Made by a program: the position numbers and the translations under genes
DNA from: an uncultured Nitrososphaerota archaeon
Lineage (GTDB): Archaea > Thermoproteota > Nitrososphaeria > Nitrososphaerales > Gagatemarchaeaceae
Direction: 5' to 3'
Assembly (NCBI GenBank): GCA_963703285.1
Contig: OY969807.1
Span: forward strand, 352,001 to 416,000
Length of the DNA stretch: 64,000 nucleotides
The notes under the pieces: model-generated
What the model was told of the DNA's origin: nothing
Seen by the model: the letters and a program-made list of their open reading frames with translations, nothing else
Databases searched by the model: none
Part shown: positions 9,047-18,538 of the stretch, piece by piece
Position numbering within the stretch: the stretch's first letter is position 1
How the letters are laid out: each line of letters opens with the position of its first letter

Positions 9047-9796
9047 ATGGTCGACTTCGTGGAGGCCGTGGCCCTCTCCGCCGTCATGGGCTTCTCGATA
9101 TTCATCTCTCTCCCCATCGTCCTCCGGATGCGTACAAGCAGCATATTGAACAAGCTCCTCCTCGCCGCCGCCATAGGGATACTGATCTTCCTGATGGGAG
9201 ACGTCTGGGGAGACTCCGCCGCGATAATGTTCAACGGCTCTCTGTACGGCTACGGGACCTCTCCCTACTTCGACTTGATCTTCACGGGCGCCCTCTGCTT
9301 CGGTTTCCTGGCGCTCTACTACGGCGAGAACAGGAGGAGGTCGGGGCTCTCACCCTCGCAGACGGGGCTCATCATCGCCCTTGGAATCGGATTCCAGAAC
9401 CTGACCGAGGGGCTGATATTCGGAGCCCTCGCGGCCTCGTTCGGGCTCTCTGGGGTCGCCCTCGTCGTCCTGTTCGGTTTCGTCCTGCAGAACATCACGG
9501 AGGGTTTCCCGATAGCGTCCCCCTTCCTCGGCCTTTCGGACAAGAAGCCCTGGGCGATGGCCTCTCTCTTCTTCGTGGGCGGAGTACCGACCGTCCTGGG
9601 AGGCGCCTTCGGCTTCTTCTATAGCTCCGGCGCCTTCGAGGTCTTCTTCGGGGGTCTCGCCATAGGTGCCATACTCTACGCAGTCCTGCCCATGCTGAAG
9701 TCGATGTTCAGGGACTCCGAGCACGCCGCCCAGAGGGTGACATACCTGGGCATATTCCTCGGCTTCCTCGTCGGCTTCCTGGTGAACCTGATCTGA
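9047..9796 (+). CDS. ZIP-family divalent metal transporter
   Basis: ~8 TM; IALGIGFQNLTEG and LQNITEG equivalents of the HNxPEG motifs. Confidence 0.88.
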   Translation: MVDFVEAVALSAVMGFSIFISLPIVLRMRTSSILNKLLLAAAIGILIFLMGDVWGDSAAIMFNGSLYGYGTSPYFDLIFTGALCFGFLALYYGENRRRSGLSPSQTGLIIALGIGFQNLTEGLIFGALAASFGLSGVALVVLFGFVLQNITEGFPIASPFLGLSDKKPWAMASLFFVGGVPTVLGGAFGFFYSSGAFEVFFGGLAIGAILYAVLPMLKSMFRDSEHAAQRVTYLGIFLGFLVGFLVNLI

Positions 9797-9799
9797 CTG

Positions 9800-9874
9800 C
9801 TAACTTCCCGTCCTCCGCTTTCTCTTCTGGTAGGTCCTTATTGCGCGCAAGAGGTCTATCTTGCGGAAAGAGGG
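9800..9874 (-). repeat. Orphan duplicate of the uppS 3' end (PSFRKIDLLRAIRTYQKRKRRTGS*)
   Basis: Encodes 19 consecutive residues identical to the uppS C-terminus at 10023-10091, with different synonymous codons. Confidence 0.9.
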
Positions 9875-9889
9875 TCGAGTAGAGATTCA

Positions 9890-10022
9890 ATGAACATGAG
9901 TGTTCATAAGACCTAGGAAAGGAAATCCCTTGAGATAGAGGCCTTGGCCAAGCGAGGAGTAAAGGACTTTTCTCAGTGGGAACGCGCTTGGATTGGCGAA
10001 CTTGTCGCTGTTCAGGCGTTGA
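9890..10022 (+). pseudogene. Decayed ORF remnant between the two uppS tails
   Basis: ATG 9890, in-frame TAG 9914-9916, then ERKSLEIEALAKRGVKDFSQWERAWIGELVAVQAL; lower GC than host genes. Confidence 0.4.
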
Positions 10023-10814
10023 TCATCTACCTAGTCTTCGTTTCCGCTTTTGGTAGGTACGTATTGCGCGTAACAAATCAATTTTTCTAAACGCCGGCCA
10101 GTAGACGTCCATGAAGATTAGCTCGCTGTAGGCTCCCTGCCAGAGGAGGAACCCGCTCATCCTCTCCTCCCCCGAGGTGCGTATTATCAGGTCGGGCTCG
10201 GGGTTGGGCAGGTGGGATGTGTAGAGCCTACCGGCTATGGTGTCCTCTCCGATCCTCGAGGGGTCGAGCGTCCCATTCTTCACGTCCTCTGCTATCGACC
10301 TGACGACGTCCGTAATCTCGGCCCTCCCGCCGTAGGCTATGGCTATGTTCAGGAAGTGCCCGTCGTAGGCTGCGGTCCTCTCCTCCACCTCTCTCAGGAT
10401 GTCGAGGAGCGACTTGGGCAGGACGTCGAACTTGCCGATCCCCTTGACCCTCACCCTGTACTTGTAGATTCGTTCGTCCGTAAGCAGCTTCTGGAGCCTC
10501 TCCTCGATCAGCCTGAAGAGCTCCTGCACCTCCTCCGAGGTCCTCTGCAGGTTCTCGGTCGAGAGCACGTAGAGCGTTATCGATTTGATGCCGATCTCGT
10601 GGCACCAGTCGAGGAGCTTCTCGACGACGTCGGCCCCGTAGGCGTGCCCCGCGTCCACGGAGTACCTGCGGTCCTGCGCCCACCTCCTGTTGCCGTCGAG
10701 GATTATCCCGACGTGCCCCGGAATCGGGCCGTCCTCGACCTGCCAGCTCAGCCTGTTCTCGTAGAACCTGTACGCCCCGGTCGCCCTAAGCAGCCCGTCA
10801 AGCACTCGTGTCAC
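10023..10814 (-). CDS. uppS: Polyprenyl diphosphate synthase (cis-prenyltransferase)
   Basis: HVGIILDGNRRWA, LSTENLQR, IAYGGRAEI, IIRTSGEERMSGFLLWQ.AYSE. Confidence 0.96.
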   Translation of the reverse strand: MTRVLDGLLRATGAYRFYENRLSWQVEDGPIPGHVGIILDGNRRWAQDRRYSVDAGHAYGADVVEKLLDWCHEIGIKSITLYVLSTENLQRTSEEVQELFRLIEERLQKLLTDERIYKYRVRVKGIGKFDVLPKSLLDILREVEERTAAYDGHFLNIAIAYGGRAEITDVVRSIAEDVKNGTLDPSRIGEDTIAGRLYTSHLPNPEPDLIIRTSGEERMSGFLLWQGAYSELIFMDVYWPAFRKIDLLRAIRTYQKRKRRLGR

Positions 10815-11931
10815 TCCTGAGCATCGGGTTCCTGCTCCTTATGCGGCCGTAGAGCGCGGTCAGGACGGCGAAGGCGACCGCGAGCGTCAGGAGGACGTAC
10901 GAGATGAGCAGGACCGAGCTGTTGGCCCCGCCGGTCAGGACTACCGCGAACTGGTCGACGGGCAGGTAGAGCAGGCCGAGCAGGACTATGAGGACGCCGT
11001 CCCGCCAGACCCTCCTCGACCCCCTCGCCAGGTGGGCGAGCAGCGCCCCGATGAGGTAGACCGCGTAGGCGGCCCAGACGAGGGGGATTGCCCCCTCCAT
11101 GTACCATCCCACGAGCGTCGGTCCGACGATGAGGAACTTCGCCGGGTCGGCCACCACCTGGGCGATGCCGCCCGCGTCGTTCGAGCTCATGTAGGAGTAC
11201 CCAGCCGAGAGCCCCACCAGGAAGATCAGCGTGCCAGCCACGGCCGAGAAGATCCTGAGGTAGCCGTACGGTCTCTGGCTGAGCATCGCGGCGACCGAGC
11301 GGTCCACGCCGAACCCCCTGACGAAGAACGTCGAGCCGAGTATCAGAAGGATCGCTATTCCCGCCTCGTAGGCGCGCCCGAACAGGACCAGGACGCCCGC
11401 AAAGAGGAAGATGACCCCCGGGACTCCGATTACCCACTTGGAGTATCGCTCGTCGAAGACTAGCATCCTGAGGTACCTACCCAGGACCATGTAGGTCTCC
11501 TCAACCGTCCTGCTGTGCTTGACCGCGATCCTGACCACCGAGGCGACGGGCTTCATCGACTGTATTATCGGAAGTACCTGCTCGTCCTCGGCGCCGTCGG
11601 TGACCAGGACTATCCCCGAGAACTGCCCCTTGCTTAGGATGTTCTCTATCTCCCTCTTGATCTTCCTGTCGGCGTCGACGCCGTTGTCCGGGACGCCGCA
11701 CACGATCCCTATCTCGCAGCCCTCGCCCATCGACTGGAGCCTGTCGTACTCCCTCACCGCTGCGAAGAAGGAGTTGGCGTCGGCCTCCTCCGGGTCGGAG
11801 ATGGCGAGCTGCGTGGCGGCGGCGAGGACCTGCTCCCTCCCGAAGACGGGGGTGCGGACCCTCGTCTTGCTTTCTAGGTCTCCATCCCGGTCGACCGCGA
11901 GTATGAGCAGCCTGTCCCCCTGCGCGGACAT
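10798..11931 (-). CDS. DUF373-family membrane protein
   Basis: LILAVDRDGDL, DPEEADANS, VTDGAEDE, then multiple TM helices; DUF373 genes commonly neighbour uppS in archaea. Confidence 0.85.
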   Translation of the reverse strand: MSAQGDRLLILAVDRDGDLESKTRVRTPVFGREQVLAAATQLAISDPEEADANSFFAAVREYDRLQSMGEGCEIGIVCGVPDNGVDADRKIKREIENILSKGQFSGIVLVTDGAEDEQVLPIIQSMKPVASVVRIAVKHSRTVEETYMVLGRYLRMLVFDERYSKWVIGVPGVIFLFAGVLVLFGRAYEAGIAILLILGSTFFVRGFGVDRSVAAMLSQRPYGYLRIFSAVAGTLIFLVGLSAGYSYMSSNDAGGIAQVVADPAKFLIVGPTLVGWYMEGAIPLVWAAYAVYLIGALLAHLARGSRRVWRDGVLIVLLGLLYLPVDQFAVVLTGGANSSVLLISYVLLTLAVAFAVLTALYGRIRSRNPMLRSDTSA

Positions 11932-12054
11932 CTCTGTTCCAAGTTTGGGGCGCCTAGATACTTAAGCGCTCCCTCAATGACCGACGACGAAGGGCGAGCG
12001 CGCGTCGCGCAACGTACATAAGAGGGAGCGGCGTAATCGCCCGCCCAGACGGGA

Positions 12055-13758
12055 TTGCAAGTTTCACGACCCTGGTTCGGATCCTGGCCGAAGCATCTCC
12101 CCCGCGACGTGGGCGTCGACCCGCAGCCTCTCTACAAGCTCCTCGAAGACCCTGCGCGCCGTTCGCCGGGCAGGACGTGCTTGGTGTTCCAGGGCCGGTC
12201 CCTGACCTACGGCGAGGTCGACGGGATCGCCTCGCGCCTGGCTTCGGGACTGGTCTCGCTCGGCCTCAAGAGGGGTGACCGCGTCGCCCTATTCATGCCC
12301 AACATGCCGCAGTTCGTAATGTCCTACTTCGGCGCGCTGAAGGCTGGCGGGATTGTCGTCCCGTGCAGCCCGATGTACAAGGAGAAGGAGCTCGAGTATC
12401 AGCTCCGCGACTCGGGCGCCTCTATCCTCGTCGCCGCGAACGACATCGTCGGCGGGAACGACCTCTTCGCCAGCGTCGAGAAGTGCAGGTCCAGGCTCGA
12501 GCTCAGGTCCCTGGTGACGGCCAGCGTCACCGACTACATCCCCTCCTTCAAGAGGCCGTTCGCAGGGCTGAAGGGGGTCAAGAACGTCGAGAGGTCGGGG
12601 ACCATCGCGTTCACGGACCTCGTGGGGAAGAGCGAACCCATTGAACGATCGACCGAGGTCGACCCCGTCAGGGACGTCGCCGTGCTCCAGTACACGGGGG
12701 GCACGACCGGAGTCTCGAAGGGGGCGATGCTGTCGCACGCCAATCTCTACATAAACGCCTTCCAGACAGCGGTCGTCCTCCCCCTGAGGGAGAGCGACGT
12801 AGCCCTCGCGGTCCTGCCGTTCTTCCACATCTACGGCATGACCACGGCGATGAACGCCCCGCTCAGCGTGGGGTGCTCGATAGTCGCGCTCCCCCGCTTC
12901 GACGTGGAGGACGTGATGAAGACCATCGAGAAGTACAAGGTCACCAGCTTCTGCGGTGTCCCGACTATGTACATCGCGGTGATCAACCACGCCAAGGTCT
13001 CGCGGTTCAACCTGAGGACCGTCCGTTCCTGCATATCCGGAGGCGCGGCCCTGCCCGTCGCCGTGAGGAAGCGCTTCATAGAGCTGACGGGGAGCGCGCT
13101 GGTGGAGGGATACGGTCTGACGGAGGCGAGCCCCGTCACACACGTCAACCCCACAGGCGAGGGGGCGACGGTGAAGGACGGCTCGATAGGGATACCCGTC
13201 TCGGGGACCGACGCCGGGGTGGTCTCGTTGGAGGACCCCTCCAAGTTCGTCGGCGTCGGGGAGGAGGGGGAGCTGGTCGTGAAGGGCCCGCAGGTGATGC
13301 TGGGCTACTGGAACAGGAAGGACGAGACGGACACCGTGATAAGGGGAGGCTGGCTACTCACCGGGGACATCGCCAGGATGGACGAGCAGGGTTTCTTCTT
13401 CATCGTGGACAGGAAGAAGGACATGATCGACGTGGGCGGTTTCAAGGTCTGGCCCCGCGAGGTCGAAGAGGTGCTCTTCACCCACCCGGGGGTAAGGGAG
13501 GCCGCCGCCGTGGGAGTCCCGGACGACTACAGGGGCGAGGCCGTCAGGGCTTACGTCGTGCTGAGGCCCGAGAGCAAGGGGAAGGTCTCCGAGAGGGAGA
13601 TAATCGACTTCTGCCGGGAGCGCATAGCGACCTTCAAGGCCCCCCGTTCCGTGGTCTTCGTCGACGAGCTTCCCAAGACGCTGGTGGGCAAGGTGCTGCG
13701 GAGGAAGCTCCGGGACAGGTCCGACTGGCTGAAGGATACCGCTAGCCCACCTGTATGA
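12055..13758 (+). CDS. Long-chain fatty acid-CoA ligase
   Basis: LQYTGGTTGVSKG AMP-binding motif, EGYGLTE, TGDI, PKTLVGK. Confidence 0.93.
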   Translation: MQVSRPWFGSWPKHLPRDVGVDPQPLYKLLEDPARRSPGRTCLVFQGRSLTYGEVDGIASRLASGLVSLGLKRGDRVALFMPNMPQFVMSYFGALKAGGIVVPCSPMYKEKELEYQLRDSGASILVAANDIVGGNDLFASVEKCRSRLELRSLVTASVTDYIPSFKRPFAGLKGVKNVERSGTIAFTDLVGKSEPIERSTEVDPVRDVAVLQYTGGTTGVSKGAMLSHANLYINAFQTAVVLPLRESDVALAVLPFFHIYGMTTAMNAPLSVGCSIVALPRFDVEDVMKTIEKYKVTSFCGVPTMYIAVINHAKVSRFNLRTVRSCISGGAALPVAVRKRFIELTGSALVEGYGLTEASPVTHVNPTGEGATVKDGSIGIPVSGTDAGVVSLEDPSKFVGVGEEGELVVKGPQVMLGYWNRKDETDTVIRGGWLLTGDIARMDEQGFFFIVDRKKDMIDVGGFKVWPREVEEVLFTHPGVREAAAVGVPDDYRGEAVRAYVVLRPESKGKVSEREIIDFCRERIATFKAPRSVVFVDELPKTLVGKVLRRKLRDRSDWLKDTASPPV

Positions 13759-14922
13759 CCATGGCCACGGCGTTCCCCCCTCCGAGGCAGAGCGTGGCCA
13801 AGCCGAGCTTACCTCCCCTCCTCCTGAGCTCGTAGATCAGCGTCGTCAGAACCCTCGCGCCGCTCGCTCCGATGGGGTGGCCCAGGGCGACCGCGCCTCC
13901 GTTCACGTTGAACTTCTCCTCCGGTATCCCCAGCTCGTCCCTCACGACGATGGAGGCCGTCGAGTAGGCCTCGTTGTGCTCGAAGAGGTCGATCTCCTCT
14001 ACGGTGAGCCCGGTCTTGTTCAGAAGAGCCCTGACGGTCGGTATGGGAGCTTCCATGATGTCGGCCGGCTCGGTCCCGCCGGTGTGGTAGCCGATCACCT
14101 TCGCAATCGGCCTCAGCCCCATCTTCTCCGCCCTCTCCTCCGACGCGAGCACCAGAGCGGACGCGCCATCGGAGAGCTGCGATGAGTTCCCGGCCGTGAG
14201 CACGCCTCCCGGCTTGAACGCCGGCGGCAGCTTGGAGAGTCCCTCGACCGTTGTCTCCGGGCGTATGCACTCGTCGCGGGTGAGGATCTCTGACGCCGCG
14301 GGTCCTCCCTCCGAACTCACCTTGACGATCTCGTCGTCGAACCTCCCGGCCTTCTGCGCGGCGGCGGCCTTCATGTTGCTGGAGTATGCGAACCTGTCCG
14401 CCGCTTCCCTGGAGACGTGGTACTTCTCGGCGATCCGCTCGCCGGTCATGCCCATGTGATAGTTGTTGAAGGTCTCCCAGAGGCCGTCGTTCAGCATCGA
14501 ATCGACCAGGCGGGAGTCCCCGTACTTGCTGCCCCACCTCAGGTCCTTGACGAGGTACGGCGCGTTGCTCATGCTCTCCATCCCCGCGGCGACGACGAGC
14601 TGCGCGTCCCCCGCCTTGATGGCCTGGGCCGCAAGCATCGCCGCCTTGAGCCCGGAGCCGCAGACCTTGTTGACCGTGTACGAGCCGACCGTCACGGGGA
14701 CGCCCGCCCGTATCGCCGCCTGCCGCGCAGGGTTCAGCCCGGCCCCGGCCGGGAGCACCATCCCGGCAACGACCTCTTCGACGTCCGCCGGCTGCACGCC
14801 CCGCGCGATATCGCCTCCCTGACCACGATTTCGCCCAGCCGCGTCGCTGGGACCCGCACGAGGCTCTTACCGAACTTCCCTATCGGGGTTCTGCACGCAG
14901 ACAGGATGACCGGTTGGATCAT
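13742..14922 (-). pseudogene. Acetyl-CoA C-acetyltransferase (thiolase) with a frameshift near 14800
   Basis: N-terminus (RTPIGKFG) in ORF 14734..14922; remainder (NKVCGSGLKA, NEAY, GHPIGASG, LCLGGG) in ORF 13742..14797; one base is missing in a GC run. Could be a sequencing error. Confidence 0.85.
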
Positions 14923-15017
14923 GATGACCGGTGCACCCTCCAGCTGGACCCGATAATAACGGGCGCGGTCGCACCACGGTCACGCTTATAAGGATGGCTG
15001 GATGAGCCATCCAGCTA

Positions 15018-15614
15018 ATGCAGGGCCCTGGCCTCGCGGGAAGCAGGAAGGTCGCCATCGTCTCCATGTTCACCGCGCTCGCCGTCGCGACCGACTACGC
15101 CATGCTGCCGCTGGCCAACGTCAAGCTGATGGACTCGGTAGTCTTCGTCTCCTCGCTGGCCTTCGGCCTCGAGGTCGGCGTCTCGGTCGGCGCGCTGACC
15201 TGGCTCGTCTACGGCGAGGTGAACCCCCTTGGCCCCGACGGCGGCGTCCTCCTCCTGGTCCTCATCGCGTCGGAGACCGTCTACGCGCTGCTCGGATACG
15301 GCGTGCGGCGGTTCTTCAATCCGGAGGCGTCGTCCATCCCCTCGAGGAGCCTGCTCTGGGGCTCGCTCGGTCTGATCGGAGCCTTCGTCTACGACCTTGT
15401 CACGAACGTCGTCCCGCCCCTCCTCTCCGGGACTTCGCTCGGCCACGCCGTCCTCTTCCTCGTCCCCGGCGCCCCCTTCATGCTCGCCCACGAGATAAGC
15501 GACTTTGTGTTCTTCTCCACCGTCGCGCCGGTGCTCTACGTGGCCATTCGCAAGGTAGCCAGGCGGCGTGGCTTCGTCGAGGTGAGGAGTCAGGTCCTCG
15601 ACGCGAAGCCCTGA
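15018..15614 (+). CDS. ECF transporter S-component-like membrane protein
   Basis: KVAIVSMFTALAVA N-terminal AxxxA-type helix; ~6 TM. Confidence 0.65.
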   Translation: MQGPGLAGSRKVAIVSMFTALAVATDYAMLPLANVKLMDSVVFVSSLAFGLEVGVSVGALTWLVYGEVNPLGPDGGVLLLVLIASETVYALLGYGVRRFFNPEASSIPSRSLLWGSLGLIGAFVYDLVTNVVPPLLSGTSLGHAVLFLVPGAPFMLAHEISDFVFFSTVAPVLYVAIRKVARRRGFVEVRSQVLDAKP

Positions 15615-16024
15615 ATGTCGTCTATCGAGCCGGTCCTCTGCCTCTTCGGTCTGAACTTCGCGGCCACCTCGCTCCCGACCCTGGCCCTTCCGATCAGCCT
15701 GTGGACGAGCCCGCCGCGCACGCCCTTGAACGTCACGAAGACGAAGGCGCCGTCTCCGCCTCCGGACGTGACCGCCTTCGCCCTCCCCACGCGCCCCACG
15801 CTCACGGCCCTGCTGATCTCGCCGTAGCAGAGCAGGCAGTACATCCTCAGCGGGATCCAGGTCTCCCCGCATCCGGGGCAGTAGCCCGCCAGTATCTTCC
15901 CGTCCGCCAGACCGCGAAGGAACTTCTCGCCCGCCACCCCGGCGGTGTACTCGTAATGGAAGGGGATGCTGTCAGCCCACTGCCTCACGCCCTTGACCGA
16001 GTCGAGCCTCTCCTCGATCGGCGT
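15590..16024 (-). CDS. DUF35 Zn-ribbon/OB-fold thiolase partner protein
   Basis: YTAGVAGEKFLRGL, CPGC...PLRMYCLLC; probable ACG start at 16024 (GTG at 15988 is the alternative). Confidence 0.8.
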   Translation of the reverse strand, partial: TPIEERLDSVKGVRQWADSIPFHYEYTAGVAGEKFLRGLADGKILAGYCPGCGETWIPLRMYCLLCYGEISRAVSVGRVGRAKAVTSGGGDGAFVFVTFKGVRGGLVHRLIGRARVGSEVAAKFRPKRQRTGSIDDIQGFASRT

Positions 16025-16027
16025 CCC

Positions 16028-16546
16028 CTACCGCCTCCCCCTCTTCGGCCTGAAGTACAGGATGTCGGTGATCGCACCTGCCCTCTCGCCGTCGGGCTTC
16101 CACACGGCCTCGACTTCCATCCCTACCTTCACCTTCTCCGGCCTCACCTCGCCCAGGAGGTGGAGGATCCCCATCATCGGCGACGCGCCTGCGATCTCAA
16201 CCACAGCGACCACTATCGGCTCCTCCCTCCTGCTGGCGTCCGAGTTCACGTAGGCTACCGAGTAGGTTACCACCCTCCCCGAGTCCTTCAGCCTGACCCA
16301 GCGGTCCGTCGGCCTGAAGCACCTCTCGCAGTACATCCTCGGGGGGACGAGCGTCCTCCCGCATCCGTCGCATTCCCTCCCCCAGACCTCCTTCTTCGCG
16401 AGCCCTGCGAGGAAGCGTGAGGTGGCTACCCCCGAGCTCCAGGCGTACCTGAGGTCGGTCTCGTACCTCGTGATGAGGTACCTGTGCCCTCTGGCCTCCT
16501 CCGGGGTGATCTCAACGCCCGGGTACCTCGAGATCTTCGAGCTCAA
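16028..16546 (-). CDS. DUF35 Zn-ribbon/OB-fold thiolase partner protein
   Basis: CDGC...PPRMYCERC, VGMEVEAVWKP, GAITDILYFRP. Confidence 0.9.
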   Translation of the reverse strand: MSSKISRYPGVEITPEEARGHRYLITRYETDLRYAWSSGVATSRFLAGLAKKEVWGRECDGCGRTLVPPRMYCERCFRPTDRWVRLKDSGRVVTYSVAYVNSDASRREEPIVVAVVEIAGASPMMGILHLLGEVRPEKVKVGMEVEAVWKPDGERAGAITDILYFRPKRGRR

Positions 16547-16585
16547 CCCGGTCGTCAGCCGCTACCTGCGCTCATATAAGCTGAG

Positions 16586-18538
16586 TCACTTCTTCATCTC
16601 CCGTGCGAAGCTGACGAAGTACTCCATCGACGAGGGGTTCTCGAGGGAGTCCGGGTTGTAGACCTTGGCGGGGTCGGCCCCGAGGAGGATTCTCCGCACG
16701 GGAACCTCGACCTTCTTCCCGTTGAGCGTCCTCGGGACCTCCTTCACGGCGAAGATGTCGTCGGGGACCATCCTAGGCGAGAGCTCCGCCCTTATCCTCT
16801 GCCTTATCTCCGCCCTGAGGGGCTCGTCGAGCGCGGCGTCCTCTCGCGGGACCACGAAGAGGGGCATGTACGAGCGGCCGCCCAGGAACTCCATGTCGAC
16901 GACGAGGCTGTCGGCGACGGCCGGAATCGCTTCGACGACTCGGTAGAGCTCGCTCGTCCCCATCCGTATCCCCATCCTCTTTATCGTGGCGTCCGACCTC
17001 CCGAAGATGACGCAGGTGCCGTCCTCGTTGATCTGGATCCAGTCGCCGTGCCTCCACTTCCCCGGGAAGAAGGTGAAGTAGCTCTCGCGGTACCTCTCGC
17101 CGTCACTGTCCCCCCAGAGGTAGAGGGGCATGGAGGGCATCGGCTCCTCTATGACGAGCTCCCCCATCTGTCCGACGACCGTCCGCCCGATCTCGTCGTA
17201 GGCGGCTACGTCGGCACCCAGGCATCTGCACTGGATCTCCCCCGACCTGACGGGGAGCACGGGGCACCCCCCCAGGAAGGCCGTCACAAGGTCAGTCCCG
17301 CCGCTTATCGACGCCAGCCAGACGCTCTCTTTCACGTGGGAGTAGACCCACTCGAACCCGTCGGCGGTGAGCGCCGAGCCGGTCGAGCCGAAGCCCTTCA
17401 GCTGCCTCAGCGAGTGCGTGGAGATCGGGTCGACGCCGGTCTTCATCTGGGCTCCCACGAACGCGGCGCTCGCCCCAAGGAATGTCATCTCCGCCTCGTC
17501 GGCGAGGTCCCAGAGTGCGTCCGCTGTGGGAAAGAAGGGGTCTCCCTCGTAGAGTACTATCGTGGAGCCGAGCAGAAGGGACGAGACGAGGTAGTTCCAC
17601 ATCATCCACCCCGTGGAGGTGTACCAGAACATCTCGTCGTCCGGCCCCAGGTCGTTGTGAAGGGCGAGCGCCTTGAGGTGCTCCAACAGGATCCCTCCGT
17701 GACCGTGCACCATGGCCTTGGGGAGGCCGGTCGTCCCAGAGGAGTAGACTATCCACAGCGGGTGTTCGAAGGGGACCTGCTCGAAACGCATCTTCGATGC
17801 TGACCTGGTCAGGTCGTCCCAGTTGTGCACGCGGTCGATACCCCCGGTGTCCCGCCCGACCATCACCGTGTGCCCGATGGTCGGGATCGACTCCCTGACC
17901 TGCCCGACGACCTCGGCCTTCTGGATCCACTTCCCCCTGTAGCTGTAGCCGTAGGAACCGATGAGGACCTTCGGCTCTATCTGCTTGAATCGGTCCACCG
18001 CGCTGAGGACACCGAAGTCGGGCGCGCAGCTGGACCAGACCGCACCGATCGACGAGCAAGCCAGGAGGGCGATCACCGCCTCGGGGACGTTCGGGAGGTA
18101 CGCGGCCACCCTGTCACCCTTCTCCACCCCCATGTCCCTGAGCGACTCGGCGAAGGCCGCGGTCTTCCTCTCGACCTCCGACCAGGAGACGCTGCGTAGA
18201 CCCTCCGTCTCGGTCTTGGCGAGGATCGCGGTCTTCGCCGGATCCCTCGCAGCGAAGAAGTGCTCCGCATAGTTGAGCGCGCCGCCGGGGAACCACTTCG
18301 CCCCAGGCATCGTCCTGCTCTCGAGGGGGGTCGTGTACGGCGAGCTCCACTTCACACCGAAGAACTTCGAGAGCGACTCCCAGAAGCTCTCCAGGTTGTC
18401 GACGGACCACCTCCAAAGCTCTCCATAGCTACCCGTCCTGACTCCGCATTCGCGCTCCAGCCAGCGCGAGAACACCGTGATGTTGGCTTTGTCGATGGTC
18501 GCCTGCGAGGGCTTCCAGAGAGTCTTCGGCTCAGCCAT
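16586..18538 (-). CDS. Acetoacetate-CoA ligase
   Basis: WFPGGALNYAEH, YSSGTTGLPK, WMMWN, SGGTD, WRHGDW, GRSDATI; ATG at 18538. Confidence 0.92.
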   Translation of the reverse strand: MAEPKTLWKPSQATIDKANITVFSRWLERECGVRTGSYGELWRWSVDNLESFWESLSKFFGVKWSSPYTTPLESRTMPGAKWFPGGALNYAEHFFAARDPAKTAILAKTETEGLRSVSWSEVERKTAAFAESLRDMGVEKGDRVAAYLPNVPEAVIALLACSSIGAVWSSCAPDFGVLSAVDRFKQIEPKVLIGSYGYSYRGKWIQKAEVVGQVRESIPTIGHTVMVGRDTGGIDRVHNWDDLTRSASKMRFEQVPFEHPLWIVYSSGTTGLPKAMVHGHGGILLEHLKALALHNDLGPDDEMFWYTSTGWMMWNYLVSSLLLGSTIVLYEGDPFFPTADALWDLADEAEMTFLGASAAFVGAQMKTGVDPISTHSLRQLKGFGSTGSALTADGFEWVYSHVKESVWLASISGGTDLVTAFLGGCPVLPVRSGEIQCRCLGADVAAYDEIGRTVVGQMGELVIEEPMPSMPLYLWGDSDGERYRESYFTFFPGKWRHGDWIQINEDGTCVIFGRSDATIKRMGIRMGTSELYRVVEAIPAVADSLVVDMEFLGGRSYMPLFVVPREDAALDEPLRAEIRQRIRAELSPRMVPDDIFAVKEVPRTLNGKKVEVPVRRILLGADPAKVYNPDSLENPSSMEYFVSFAREMKK

